Below, piece by piece: positions 9,900 to 18,886 of a DNA stretch of 64,000 nt. The translations under genes and the position numbers were made by a program. A model generated the notes under the pieces. The model worked only from the letters and a program-made list of their open reading frames with translations, was not told the origin of the DNA and did no database searches. The stretch is from an uncultured delta proteobacterium (lineage in GTDB: Bacteria; Desulfobacterota; Binatia; UBA9968), in assembly GCA_963745035.1 (NCBI GenBank), contig CAVUVW010000021.1, positions 320,001 to 384,000 of the forward strand, written 5' to 3'. Position 1 is the stretch's first letter; each line of letters opens with the position of its first letter.

Positions 9900-10391
9900 T
9901 TAGTGGCTCCGCTTGCCGCGATCGTCGTGAAGGCGAAGGAAAAGATCATAGAAGGACGCGATGGTTCGCTCTTCGTATTGGGGATAGCCGTTTTTGGCGA
10001 GCGAGATGATCGTCAGGCTCAAGGGCCGTTTGTGCAGCTCCAGCAGCTCGGAGCCTTTGAGATCCAGGTAGGAGCCCACCGTGCGCAGCATATTGGCCAG
10101 GCTGTGGAAATCCGGCAGACGGTTGGGCTGTGAGCGCTTGGCGCGGCCCTGCCGGTCGAGCTGGTCCATGTCCTGGCCGCTGAACGTAAGCGCTGTGCTG
10201 AGCCCGTCGCTGCGCCGCTTTTTTTGCCAGTTGCGAAGCGCCGCAAGCAGCGAGGTTTCTTTCTCCGGCTCTCCTTTAACGACGATCCGCTCGCCGTCGC
10301 AGCTCAACTCGAAAACGCTGATGCGCTGCGCTTCGAGGGATTGTCCGATAGAGCGGAGTTGCTGGTGATATTCGGTGCGGCTCTGCGTCAT
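9900..10391 (-). CDS. Hypothetical protein with an internally duplicated LRx(I/V)GxxL(D/E) motif
   Basis: QLRSIGQSLE and MLRTVGSYLD repeats; likely start MTQSR at 10391. Confidence 0.7.
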   Translation of the reverse strand: MTQSRTEYHQQLRSIGQSLEAQRISVFELSCDGERIVVKGEPEKETSLLAALRNWQKKRRSDGLSTALTFSGQDMDQLDRQGRAKRSQPNRLPDFHSLANMLRTVGSYLDLKGSELLELHKRPLSLTIISLAKNGYPQYEERTIASFYDLFLRLHDDRGKRSH

Positions 10392-10474
10392 ATATTCCAC
10401 CATCCAAAATAAGCACACTATATCGCGGCGGACTGTCATAGCATTGCCGGCCCATCTCCACAAGTCCCAGTTTC

Positions 10475-10503
10475 TTGACACGCCAGAACACTAAACGTAA
10501 GGT
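10475..10503 (+). promoter_or_regulatory. sigma70-type promoter for the UbiD gene
   Basis: TTGACA-17 nt-TAAGGT; GGAGGAG RBS before ATG 10545. Confidence 0.6.
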
Positions 10504-10544
10504 AACTCATTCAACATTTATCCAGCGTTTTTACGGAGGAGCTC

Positions 10545-12014
10545 ATGGCACGACCGGAAAGAATCGGCACCTCTCAGAGCACGGTCGCATATCGCGGTTT
10601 GCGCGACTGGATCGAGCAAGTCGATAAGCTCGGCGAGTTATTGAAAGTCAACGGCGCCCACTGGGACCGCGAGATGGGCTCGATCACTCAGGTGCTCACC
10701 GAAGGCGGCAAGGGCAAGGCGCCGGCGATTCTTTTTGACGAAGTTCCCGGCTATCCGAAAGGCTATCGAACTCTCTACGGGCAATTCTCGACGATCAAGC
10801 GGGTCGCGCTCACTTTGGGTTTGCCGCTCGAATACGAGCGCAAAGCCGACATCGTCAAGGCTTACCATCACGTCATGACCGACATGAAGCTGATCAAGCC
10901 GAAGCTGGTGAAGACCGGACCGATCTTCGAAAACGTCTTGGAAGGCGACAAGGTGGACGTGCTCAAGCTGCCCGTGCCGATCCATCATCAGGCCGATACG
11001 CACCGTTATATCGGCACCGCCGACATGTGCATCACCAAGGATCCCGACGCCGATTGGTACAACTTCGGCGCCTATCGCTGCCAAGTCTACGACGAAAAAA
11101 CCATCGGCTGCCAAATCACCGAAGGAAAACACGGGCGGATTCATCGCGATAAATATTTCGAGCGCGGCCAGAGCTGCAAATTCGCCATCGTCTGCGGCCA
11201 GGACCCGCTGCTTTACATGCTGTCGGCGAGCCCGCTGCCCTCCGGGGTGTCGGAGTATGATTTCGCCGGCGGCATTCGCGGCGAGCCGGTCGAAGTGGTG
11301 AAAGGGCCGTTCACCGGCTTTCCGATCCCGGCCGACGCCGAGATCGTTATCGAAGGCGAAGCGGTGCCGGGACAATCCAAGCCCGAAGGGCCGTTCGGCG
11401 AATGGATGGGCTACTATTCCGACGACGTGGTGCCGCGGCCGTATCTCAACGTCAAAACCGTCATGTATCGCAACAACCCGATCCTGACCTGCGCGCCGCA
11501 ACACAAGCCGGTCGACGAAACCGGCTTGCTCAAGGGCATCGCCGGCGCGGCGGAGATCTGGAACGCGCTGGAGGCCTGCGGCCTGCCCGAGGTTCTCGGC
11601 GTGTGGAATCACGAAGGCGCTCCGGCGACGCGATTCACGGCGATCCAGATTCGCCAGCGCTATCCCGGCCACGCGCGCAACGTGCTGCACGTCGCCTCCA
11701 ACTGCATGGCCGGCGCCTACAACGGCAAGTGGACGGTGGTGGTCGACGACGACGTCGACTGCTCCGACATCGATCAGGTGCTATGGGCGATGGGCACGCG
11801 CTTCGATCCGATGATCGACATCGATCTGGTGCAGCGCGCCTGGTCGTCGGGGCGCGATCCCATGTTTCTGCCGGGCAATTTCAACAACCGCATCCTGATC
11901 GACGCGTGCATGCCCTACAACAAAAAACTGCGCGGCGAGTTCGCCAAGGTCGTCGAAGTGCCCGAGAAGGTGCGCGCCGAGCTCAAGGCGAAGTTCCCGC
12001 AGGTTTTCAATTAA
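10545..12014 (+). CDS. UbiD-family prFMN-dependent (de)carboxylase
   Basis: APAILFDEVPGY, NFGAYR, AEIVIEG, EGPFGEWMGYY, VVDDDVD and VLWAMGTR motifs. Confidence 0.93.
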   Translation: MARPERIGTSQSTVAYRGLRDWIEQVDKLGELLKVNGAHWDREMGSITQVLTEGGKGKAPAILFDEVPGYPKGYRTLYGQFSTIKRVALTLGLPLEYERKADIVKAYHHVMTDMKLIKPKLVKTGPIFENVLEGDKVDVLKLPVPIHHQADTHRYIGTADMCITKDPDADWYNFGAYRCQVYDEKTIGCQITEGKHGRIHRDKYFERGQSCKFAIVCGQDPLLYMLSASPLPSGVSEYDFAGGIRGEPVEVVKGPFTGFPIPADAEIVIEGEAVPGQSKPEGPFGEWMGYYSDDVVPRPYLNVKTVMYRNNPILTCAPQHKPVDETGLLKGIAGAAEIWNALEACGLPEVLGVWNHEGAPATRFTAIQIRQRYPGHARNVLHVASNCMAGAYNGKWTVVVDDDVDCSDIDQVLWAMGTRFDPMIDIDLVQRAWSSGRDPMFLPGNFNNRILIDACMPYNKKLRGEFAKVVEVPEKVRAELKAKFPQVFN

Positions 12015-12131
12015 AAAAACGAATACGTTTCGGATTGTTGCAATTGGGATTCCAGTGGGTTTTCTGAATTGTCTGTTTCGGAGTTGCGATACCGGAGCGG
12101 TTGTAGCCTTGGAACAATAGGAACTGATCTG

Positions 12132-12859
12132 ATGGTTTTTGCCAGTTGGCGCGGGGTGGTCGGATGCGTCAAGCCGACGCATCGGCCCGGTTCCCTCGAA
12201 GAATTCATCCGGCTTTTGCCCGAGGGGATCGGGGTGGTGCCGGTTTATCTAAATTTCCAGCGCGGCACCGAAGACGAGTTTCGCGCGGCTCTCAATGCTG
12301 TTCATGAGAAAGTGGCGGAGCTCGCCAAGGAAGGGGTCGATCTGATCCATCCCGAAGGCGCGCCGCCGTTCATGGCGCACGGGTTCGGCGGCGAAGCTAA
12401 AATTGTCAAAGAGTGGGAGTCCGAGTTCAAGATTCCCATCGTAACGGCGGGGCAAACCCAGGTTGAAGCGCTGCGCGCCCTCGGCATAAAGAAATTCGTC
12501 GGCGTGACTTATTTTGTCGGCAGCATCAACGACATGTTCACAAAGTACTTCCAGGAAGCGGGTTTTGATGTCCTAGGGATGGAGGGGATGGAAGTCGCCT
12601 TTGCCGACGTCGGCCGGCTGGCGTCGACGGAAATTTACGCGCATACGCGCAGAGCGTTCTTGAAGAATTCCCGGCGCGGACGGCATTTACATGCTCGGCA
12701 CCGGCTGGCGCTGTCTCGATATCATCCGCCTGCTCGAGGAAGATTTGCAGGTGCCGGTCGTCCATGCCGTGCCGGCGCGTGTGTGGTCGGTGCAGAAACG
12801 TCTCCATGTAAGGCAATCGGTCAAGGGATTCGGCAGGCTGCTGGAAGCAAATGCCGTAA
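12132..12859 (+). CDS. Maleate isomerase/arylmalonate decarboxylase-like protein (Asp/Glu racemase superfamily); frameshift near 12670 and probably near 12848
   Basis: LLPEGIGV, IPIVTA..QVEALRALG and YFQEAGFDV; continues as YMLGTGWR...LEEDLQVPVV...GFGRLL in ORF 12691. Confidence 0.75.
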
Positions 12860-12881
12860 GCGCTCGCGGCTTGAGTGGTTC

Positions 12882-12953
12882 TGTCATTCATTTCGAGGCG
12901 AAGCCGAAAATCTTTCTTTCCGAGAAAGATCTCTCACTCCGCTCGAGATGACA
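12882..12953. repeat. REP-like palindromic element (TGTCAT...ATGACA)
   Basis: TCATTTCGAG/CTCGAGATGA outer stem and ATCTTTCT/AGAAAGAT inner stem, between convergent genes. Confidence 0.6.
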
Positions 12954-12988
12954 TCCTATCCGGTCGAAAAACGAGTCAGATCTTTAAT

Positions 12989-13981
12989 CTAGAACTTTCC
13001 TTCCTTCTCCAACTTTCTCACAAACCGGTCATCCACTAGGTCTTCAGCTTTAAGCTTGCGGATCTTTTCGTTGGTCTGGCCGAGCAGTCGAATGACGTTG
13101 CGCACGCCGTCGACGCGCGGGTAGATTTTACGATCGTAGATGTGAGCCAGCGTGTCGTAGCCCTCGGTGGCTTGCTCGATGCTTTTCAGCCGCAAGCCCC
13201 TCATCAAACTTTTAAGCACGGCGGGTTTGTTCTCCGGTTGCGCGACGAAGTTGAGCGAGTCGATGACTCCGCGCAGCACGTTCTCGACGACCTCCGGATT
13301 GCTGTTCATGAATCGCCGCGTGGTCAGGATCCCGGTGCTCTGAAATGGGATCGGCAGCTTGGTCAAATCGGCGAGATTGGTAAAGCCTCTTGCGATCAGC
13401 GGCGCCGAGAACGTGTAGCCCAGGTGAGTCGCCGAGACGGTTTCGTTGAGCAGCGCCTGGCTGCGTACCGACTCGTCGCCCAGGATTCTAAACGTGATAC
13501 CGTCGCGCTTGGCGTCGAGGCCCCAGTGTTCCAGCGCTAGCGTAGTGAACATCCAACTGCCGCCGCTGGCGCTGGTCACGGCGATGAATTTGCCCTTCAA
13601 GTCGGCCGGGGTTTTGATTTTCGGGGTAGCCATGATGTTACCGATGAGCTTGTTGATGATGCCGGCGACATAGACGAGATCCATGCCTTCGGCGGCCGAT
13701 CCGAGGGTCGCGCCGGTGGCGGAACCGGAATGAAATTGCGATTCGCCCGAGGCGAGCGCCGCCATGCCGACCGGGCCGCTGCGCACGGTAACGAACGTCA
13801 GGTCGAGTCCGTAGCGGCGAAAAAAGCCGTGGTCCTGGGCCACGTACATGGCGGCCTCGCGCTCGCTGAACGAACCGCTGGTCATGATGACTTTGGTGAC
13901 GGATTGCGCCGCCTCGATCGACTGGCCGCTGTGGAAAATCGAGGACGCAAGCAGGATTGCAGCGATCCATTTTACACTCAT
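12989..13981 (-). CDS. ABC transporter substrate-binding protein, NMT1/THI5 (SsuA/TauA-like)
   Basis: Signal peptide MSVKWIAAILLA; VAQDHGFFRRYGLD, DLKGK and DLVDDRFV; paralogue of 34988..35983. Confidence 0.88.
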   Translation of the reverse strand: MSVKWIAAILLASSIFHSGQSIEAAQSVTKVIMTSGSFSEREAAMYVAQDHGFFRRYGLDLTFVTVRSGPVGMAALASGESQFHSGSATGATLGSAAEGMDLVYVAGIINKLIGNIMATPKIKTPADLKGKFIAVTSASGGSWMFTTLALEHWGLDAKRDGITFRILGDESVRSQALLNETVSATHLGYTFSAPLIARGFTNLADLTKLPIPFQSTGILTTRRFMNSNPEVVENVLRGVIDSLNFVAQPENKPAVLKSLMRGLRLKSIEQATEGYDTLAHIYDRKIYPRVDGVRNVIRLLGQTNEKIRKLKAEDLVDDRFVRKLEKEGKF

Positions 13982-14103
13982 GATTCCTCCGCGACGCCGA
14001 CAGTAAAGAAAACGGCCCGCACGGTCAAGGCGAAATTTCCTTAGCGAGCCGGTCATGCTATAAGTCGGAAAAATTTCAAAAGAATCGACCAAGGTCCGCG
14101 ACC

Positions 14104-14925
14104 ATGACTCTCGAGTTAGAAAAATTCCGCAGCTTCGAACATGCCGGCTGGCAGGAAATCCCGATCGGCTACCATGAAGCTTTTGGCAGTCTAACCCAGC
14201 AGGCGATCAAGCCGTTGCTGAGCGCGGTGCGTTTGAAAAAGGGCATGAGCTTTCTCGACATCGCCAGCGGACCGGGCTATGTGGCGGCCGCCGCGGCAAA
14301 ACGCGGCGCCACGGTGCTTGGCGTGGATTTCTCCGCGTCGATGATCGCTCAAGCGCAACAGTTGCACGCGGGCGTCGAGTTTCGCGAGGGCGACGCCGAG
14401 CAGCTGTCGCTGGGCAGCGGATTGTTCGACGCCGCGGCGATGAACTTCGGGATTCTTCATCTCGCCCGACCGCAATCCGCGCTCGTCGAGGCGCACCGCG
14501 TGCTTCGCGCCGGCGGGCGCTTCGCCTTTTCGGTTTGGTGCAATCCTGAGGAAACCATCGGTTTCAAGATCGTGCTACGCGCGGTCGAGCTGCACGGCGA
14601 ACCGCGCGTCGAGCTGCCGGAGGGACCGCCGTTTTTTCATTACAGCGACGCTGACGAGTGCAAGCGGGGACTGATCGCGGCGGGTTTCGAATCGCCGATG
14701 GTGACCAAGATAGCCCAGCTCTGGCGACTGCCGGCGGGAGACGGATTGTTCGACGCCATGAGAGGCAGCACGGTGCGGACGGCCGGCTTGCTGCGCGCGC
14801 AAAAGCCGACAGTGTTGGCGAAGATACGCGACGCGTTGCGCGCCGAAGTGGAGAAATACACAAAAAGGGGCGTCGTCAAACTGCCCATGCCGGCGCTCAT
14901 CGCCTCGGGCATAAAATCAAACTGA
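14104..14925 (+). CDS. Class I SAM-dependent methyltransferase (UbiE-like)
   Basis: FLDIASGPG, GVDFS, EGDAEQL and HRVLRAGGRF motifs. Confidence 0.88.
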   Translation: MTLELEKFRSFEHAGWQEIPIGYHEAFGSLTQQAIKPLLSAVRLKKGMSFLDIASGPGYVAAAAAKRGATVLGVDFSASMIAQAQQLHAGVEFREGDAEQLSLGSGLFDAAAMNFGILHLARPQSALVEAHRVLRAGGRFAFSVWCNPEETIGFKIVLRAVELHGEPRVELPEGPPFFHYSDADECKRGLIAAGFESPMVTKIAQLWRLPAGDGLFDAMRGSTVRTAGLLRAQKPTVLAKIRDALRAEVEKYTKRGVVKLPMPALIASGIKSN

Positions 14926-14928
14926 GCT

Positions 14929-15053
14929 CGTTCAATCGCCTGGCTCCGTTCAAGCCGTTCCAAACGTTCAAAACGTTGCCGGAGGTGAGCCTTGGAGGAA
15001 GTCAGCGTCGGATAACGATTGTAACGGCTTGAACGTTTTGAGCGATTGGAACG
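14929..15053. repeat. Inverted pair of 9-mer (CGTTCAAnn) tandem arrays
   Basis: cgttcaagc cgttccaaa cgttcaaaa ... aacggcttg aacgttttg agcgattgg aacg, between convergent genes. Confidence 0.8.
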
Positions 15054-15064
15054 TGTGTCTCCGT

Positions 15065-16672
15065 TTAAGGTCCGTGGTGTGTTGCCAGCGGGCTGGAATC
15101 GGCGAGCTCCATCATTCTGCGCGCGAGTTTTTCCGTAAGCTCGTGGCGGCGCGCCTGCGCCGCCGGATCGTCCCACAAATTGTCCATTTCGTCCGGATCG
15201 CGGCTGAAGTCGTAAAGCTCGCCCCAATCCGCGCCTTCGTACAGAGTCAAACGCTCGTTTTGGGTGATCAGAGTGCGGGCGCGGAAATTATTTCCGAAAC
15301 CCATGTAGCCGCGGCGCTGATGTTCTTCGACGACCAAAGAGTCGTGTCCTGTGTCGCCGCCGCTCACGGCCTGCATAAGGTTCTTTCCCTGGATGCCGTT
15401 GTGGCCTTGAAGCCCGGCGCGGCAGAGAATGGTCCGTGCGATGTCTAGTGTGCCGCAGATTCCCTGATTCACCAGTCCCTGTAACTCGACGTTGGGATCA
15501 CTCCAGATAAACGGCACGCGCACCAAGCCGCGATAATGAAGCGCGCCTTTCAGCAAGAGCTGATGATCGCCCATGAAGTCGCCGTGGTCGCTGGTGAAGA
15601 CGACGATGGTATCTTCATCGAGGCGGAGTGTTTTCAGCCAGCCCAGAATACTGCCGACGGCGTCGTCGACCATGGTGATCATGCCATAGGTGAGCGCGAT
15701 TGCCTCGCGCGCTTCCCGCTCGGTAACGGCAAAAGCCCGCTGGCCGTCCCGGTTGCTCTTGTTTTGCGTCCGCTCGTCGTAGAGCGCTTGAAGATGCGGC
15801 GGAGTGGGCCGCTCGCTGCGATGGAAAGACGGAGGCAGCGAGATCGCCGCAGGATCGTACATGTCCCAGTATCGTCCCGGCGGCGTGAACGGATGGTGCG
15901 GATCGGGAAACGAGCATTGCAAATAAAACGGCCGCGCGCGATCGGTGCGGGAGTAGTTTTCCAAGAACTTCATAGTGCGCTCGGCGACATAGGCGGTCGG
16001 ATAGAGCTCTTCGGGAACGCGCGTGCGCCAAGCCTGCGGCGCGGCATAGTGGTTGCCCGGCAGCTGGTTTTCCGGTCCGCGCAAGGAATCCGGATCGGGG
16101 TGTCTTTCTTTCAGCCATCGGGCGTAGTGGCCGACGACTTTGTCGCCGTGGCCGATGGCCAGTTCCACGTGCTTGAAACCGTAGTAGGGAAGGCTCGGTT
16201 CGAACTCCGGCTCGCGCTCCCAAGTCGCGGGCAATTCCTGGTCGTAGCGGCCAGGCTCGGCTAAAATTTTATCCGCCTCGCGCAACTGATCCGGCGGCAC
16301 GGTGAGGCTCGGATTGGATTCCGGCATGCCGACGGTTGGACGATTGCCGTTTATACTCTGCAAATGACACTTGCCGATCAGCGCGGTTTCGTAGCCCGCC
16401 GCGCGCATCACGTCGACGAACGTCGTGGCGGAAAGGGGCAACGGAATGCCGTTCTGCCGGGCGCCGTGCAGCGAGGGCATCCTTCCGGTCATCAACGTCG
16501 CGCGATTCGGCATACAGATCGGCGTCGCCACGTAAAAACGCTCGAAGCGCGTGCCCGCTGCGGCGAGACGATCGATGCTCGGAGTGCGCACAACTTTGTT
16601 GCCGTAGCAGCCAAGGTGGTCGGCGCGCTGCTGGTCGGTGATGATCAGAAGAAAATTGGGTTTTCGATCCAT
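15065..16672 (-). CDS. Cys-type (formylglycine) sulfatase
   Basis: PNFLLIITDQQR, CMPNRATLMTG, GKCH, PDPHHP and FTSDHGD motifs; start MDRKP at 16672. Confidence 0.93.
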   Translation of the reverse strand: MDRKPNFLLIITDQQRADHLGCYGNKVVRTPSIDRLAAAGTRFERFYVATPICMPNRATLMTGRMPSLHGARQNGIPLPLSATTFVDVMRAAGYETALIGKCHLQSINGNRPTVGMPESNPSLTVPPDQLREADKILAEPGRYDQELPATWEREPEFEPSLPYYGFKHVELAIGHGDKVVGHYARWLKERHPDPDSLRGPENQLPGNHYAAPQAWRTRVPEELYPTAYVAERTMKFLENYSRTDRARPFYLQCSFPDPHHPFTPPGRYWDMYDPAAISLPPSFHRSERPTPPHLQALYDERTQNKSNRDGQRAFAVTEREAREAIALTYGMITMVDDAVGSILGWLKTLRLDEDTIVVFTSDHGDFMGDHQLLLKGALHYRGLVRVPFIWSDPNVELQGLVNQGICGTLDIARTILCRAGLQGHNGIQGKNLMQAVSGGDTGHDSLVVEEHQRRGYMGFGNNFRARTLITQNERLTLYEGADWGELYDFSRDPDEMDNLWDDPAAQARRHELTEKLARRMMELADSSPLATHHGP

Positions 16673-16795
16673 AGCGCTCTTTCCGCAAAATTCGTTTATC
16701 ATAGTGACGCGGCGATGCAATGAGGTTGAGCTCATTTTGAGAATCTTTGGTTGGAAGTGCGCGCTTGTAGTAGAGGAGGACGGAAAGGTCGAGCC

Positions 16796-17311
16796 ATGAT
16801 CGACGCGGCGGTGCTGATTCCTGTTTACCGGTCGCCGGACGGCGAGCTGCATATCGTGATGATCCTGCGCAATCCGGGCGGCGTGCACGGCGGTCAGATC
16901 GCTTTTTCGGGCGGCAAGCACGATCCTCAGGACGAGACCATGCTCGACACGGCGCTGCGCGAAGTTCACGAGGAGCTGGGATTGAAGGTATGGAGGCATG
17001 ATGTGCTGGCCGAATTACCGATGGAACAGACGAGGACCACCGGCTACCGTGTTTTTCCATATCTCGCGCGCATCACGGTGCCCGAGCGCTGGCAGATTGC
17101 CGAGCGGGAAATCGCCGAGATCATCGATGTAAAATTGTCGGACTTGATGCGCCCGGGCGCCCACGACAAGATGATCGATCGCTTCCCGACCTGGAGCAAA
17201 GCGGAGCAAGTCTCGTTCTATCAGGTTGGCCCGCATCGCCTCTGGGGCCTGTCGTACCGGATTTTGCGGCCGGTGATACCAAGGCTGTTAGCTGGGGAGT
17301 GGCCGGTCTAG
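16796..17311 (+). CDS. Nudix hydrolase, CoA pyrophosphatase-like
   Basis: AAVLIP, HGGQIAFSGGK, TALREVHEELGL and LWGLS motifs. Confidence 0.88.
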   Translation: MIDAAVLIPVYRSPDGELHIVMILRNPGGVHGGQIAFSGGKHDPQDETMLDTALREVHEELGLKVWRHDVLAELPMEQTRTTGYRVFPYLARITVPERWQIAEREIAEIIDVKLSDLMRPGAHDKMIDRFPTWSKAEQVSFYQVGPHRLWGLSYRILRPVIPRLLAGEWPV

Positions 17312-18886
17312 CTAAAACTTCACGAAAATCTCTTTCGCTCCATCACCCGTGAGTTGCTTGATCGTCGAGATACGGTCGCTGAATTCCTTGAGCGTTCCCA
17401 ATGACGCCGGGCCCATGTCGATCAAGATTGAGAACAGGGAAAAGCCGAGCCGCTCTTTTTCCGCGCGGAAATTCTCAGCCCATTCGGGCTCGACCTGGCA
17501 CTCGCCGTCGGTGATGAAAATGATATCGCCTTTCTTGAATCGCGACTGGCTTAGGCAAGCAAGCGCGGCATCGAGTGGCTTTTGAAAGTCGGTGCCACCG
17601 CCTGGGAAGTATTCCGCCAAATCCATAATCGTCTTGGTCTCGACTTCGTAGCGGTCCCGAGGATTCATGTCGAGGACTTGGAGCGGTGTGTCCGCGGATG
17701 AAAAACAGATGGAGCGAAACAAGCGGCGCTGCTTGCGGGCTATTTCGAGCAAGGTGAGGCTTACGGCCTTAGACCAGATCTCTTTGTCACCCGACATGGA
17801 GGAGCTGCCGTCGAGACAGACGATCATGGGGCCCTTGCCTTTTTCTTCGACGCCGCGAAGAGAATACTGAATCAGCTCCTGATCGAGAAAGCGGCGGTAA
17901 AAATCCTTGCGCAGCACCGGGTGATGCAAGCTGAGTAGTTCGTGGGGCAGCAGACGATGCAAGGCATCGCCTTGCTCGACTTCGAGCAGCTCCTCGCTGG
18001 AGCGTTCGAAAACTTTTTTGCGCAGGGCCTGGGCGTGGAACTTCATCCGCCCGACCATGCGCGCGAGCTTCTTGAGTTTTTCATTGCCGGCGAGGCGGCG
18101 GCCGAGCTCGAGTTTTTGTCCGGGAGGGGTTCGCGATCCTGTGCCAATAGTGTCGCCCCAGGTCTCGGCCTCTTCCGTAGCATCCTCCAATTCTTGCGCG
18201 ACCTTGATGGCTTCTGCCTGAAGACGATTGGTCGCTTGAGCTTCGATCTGCTTCAGGTCTTCCTTTAACTGTTGTGTTTTATGCCTCAGTAATGCCTCAG
18301 CGCCCTGTACTTCACCGCCCATTCGTTCCTTGGCTTTTTGCAGCGCCTTCTGGCCTTCCTCCGACATTTGCTCTTCGGGAATCGTATCGGCATTGTCGTA
18401 TTCTTCGAGCTTCTGACCGACGATCTCTTCCTGCTTTTGGATGTCCCAGAGATCGCGCATGTCGCGGCGGGTGAGAAACTTTTCCTCGCGCACCAACGAC
18501 AGCAGCCTTTCGCCGAGAATCAAGGTCGACAATCCGGCGTGAGCTTCGTTCAACAGCGTCTGCTCGCGCAGGAAGTCGTATTGCGCGCCGCGATGGATGG
18601 CCTGGATGAATTTCTGATTGAGCAGCGCGCTGGGCAAGACTTCGGCGTCAGGGTGGTAGTTGATGTTGTATTTGAACAAAAGGCAGAAAATGTCCTGCAG
18701 TAGCGAGCCGAAGTGAGGCAAGAAGGTGCTGCCTTTGTCCTCCAATTCGCGCAGGGAGGGCGACTCGGCGCGCAGATGGCCCCAAACGCGCCGGTCATAG
18801 GCGTCGTTCACGATCCAAAAAGTGTTTTTCGGGAGCGCCTGGAAGACCCGTTTTGCTGGCGCGTTCGTAGGACGCCGGGGAGGCAT
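17312..18886 (-). CDS. viaA: ViaA-like VWA-domain protein
   Basis: RLLPHEL, KGPMIVCLDGSSSM (MIDAS), GGGTDF and IFITDG; start overlaps the stop of the ATPase (TAATG). Confidence 0.8.
   Translation of the reverse strand: MPPRRPTNAPAKRVFQALPKNTFWIVNDAYDRRVWGHLRAESPSLRELEDKGSTFLPHFGSLLQDIFCLLFKYNINYHPDAEVLPSALLNQKFIQAIHRGAQYDFLREQTLLNEAHAGLSTLILGERLLSLVREEKFLTRRDMRDLWDIQKQEEIVGQKLEEYDNADTIPEEQMSEEGQKALQKAKERMGGEVQGAEALLRHKTQQLKEDLKQIEAQATNRLQAEAIKVAQELEDATEEAETWGDTIGTGSRTPPGQKLELGRRLAGNEKLKKLARMVGRMKFHAQALRKKVFERSSEELLEVEQGDALHRLLPHELLSLHHPVLRKDFYRRFLDQELIQYSLRGVEEKGKGPMIVCLDGSSSMSGDKEIWSKAVSLTLLEIARKQRRLFRSICFSSADTPLQVLDMNPRDRYEVETKTIMDLAEYFPGGGTDFQKPLDAALACLSQSRFKKGDIIFITDGECQVEPEWAENFRAEKERLGFSLFSILIDMGPASLGTLKEFSDRISTIKQLTGDGAKEIFVKF

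Noticed and set aside
15065-16999. Extended N-termini in the ORF track (sulfatase, def, TctC, metF, M48)
   Set aside because: The extensions overlap neighbouring genes or intergenic DNA; downstream starts fit the family N-termini and RBS positions better
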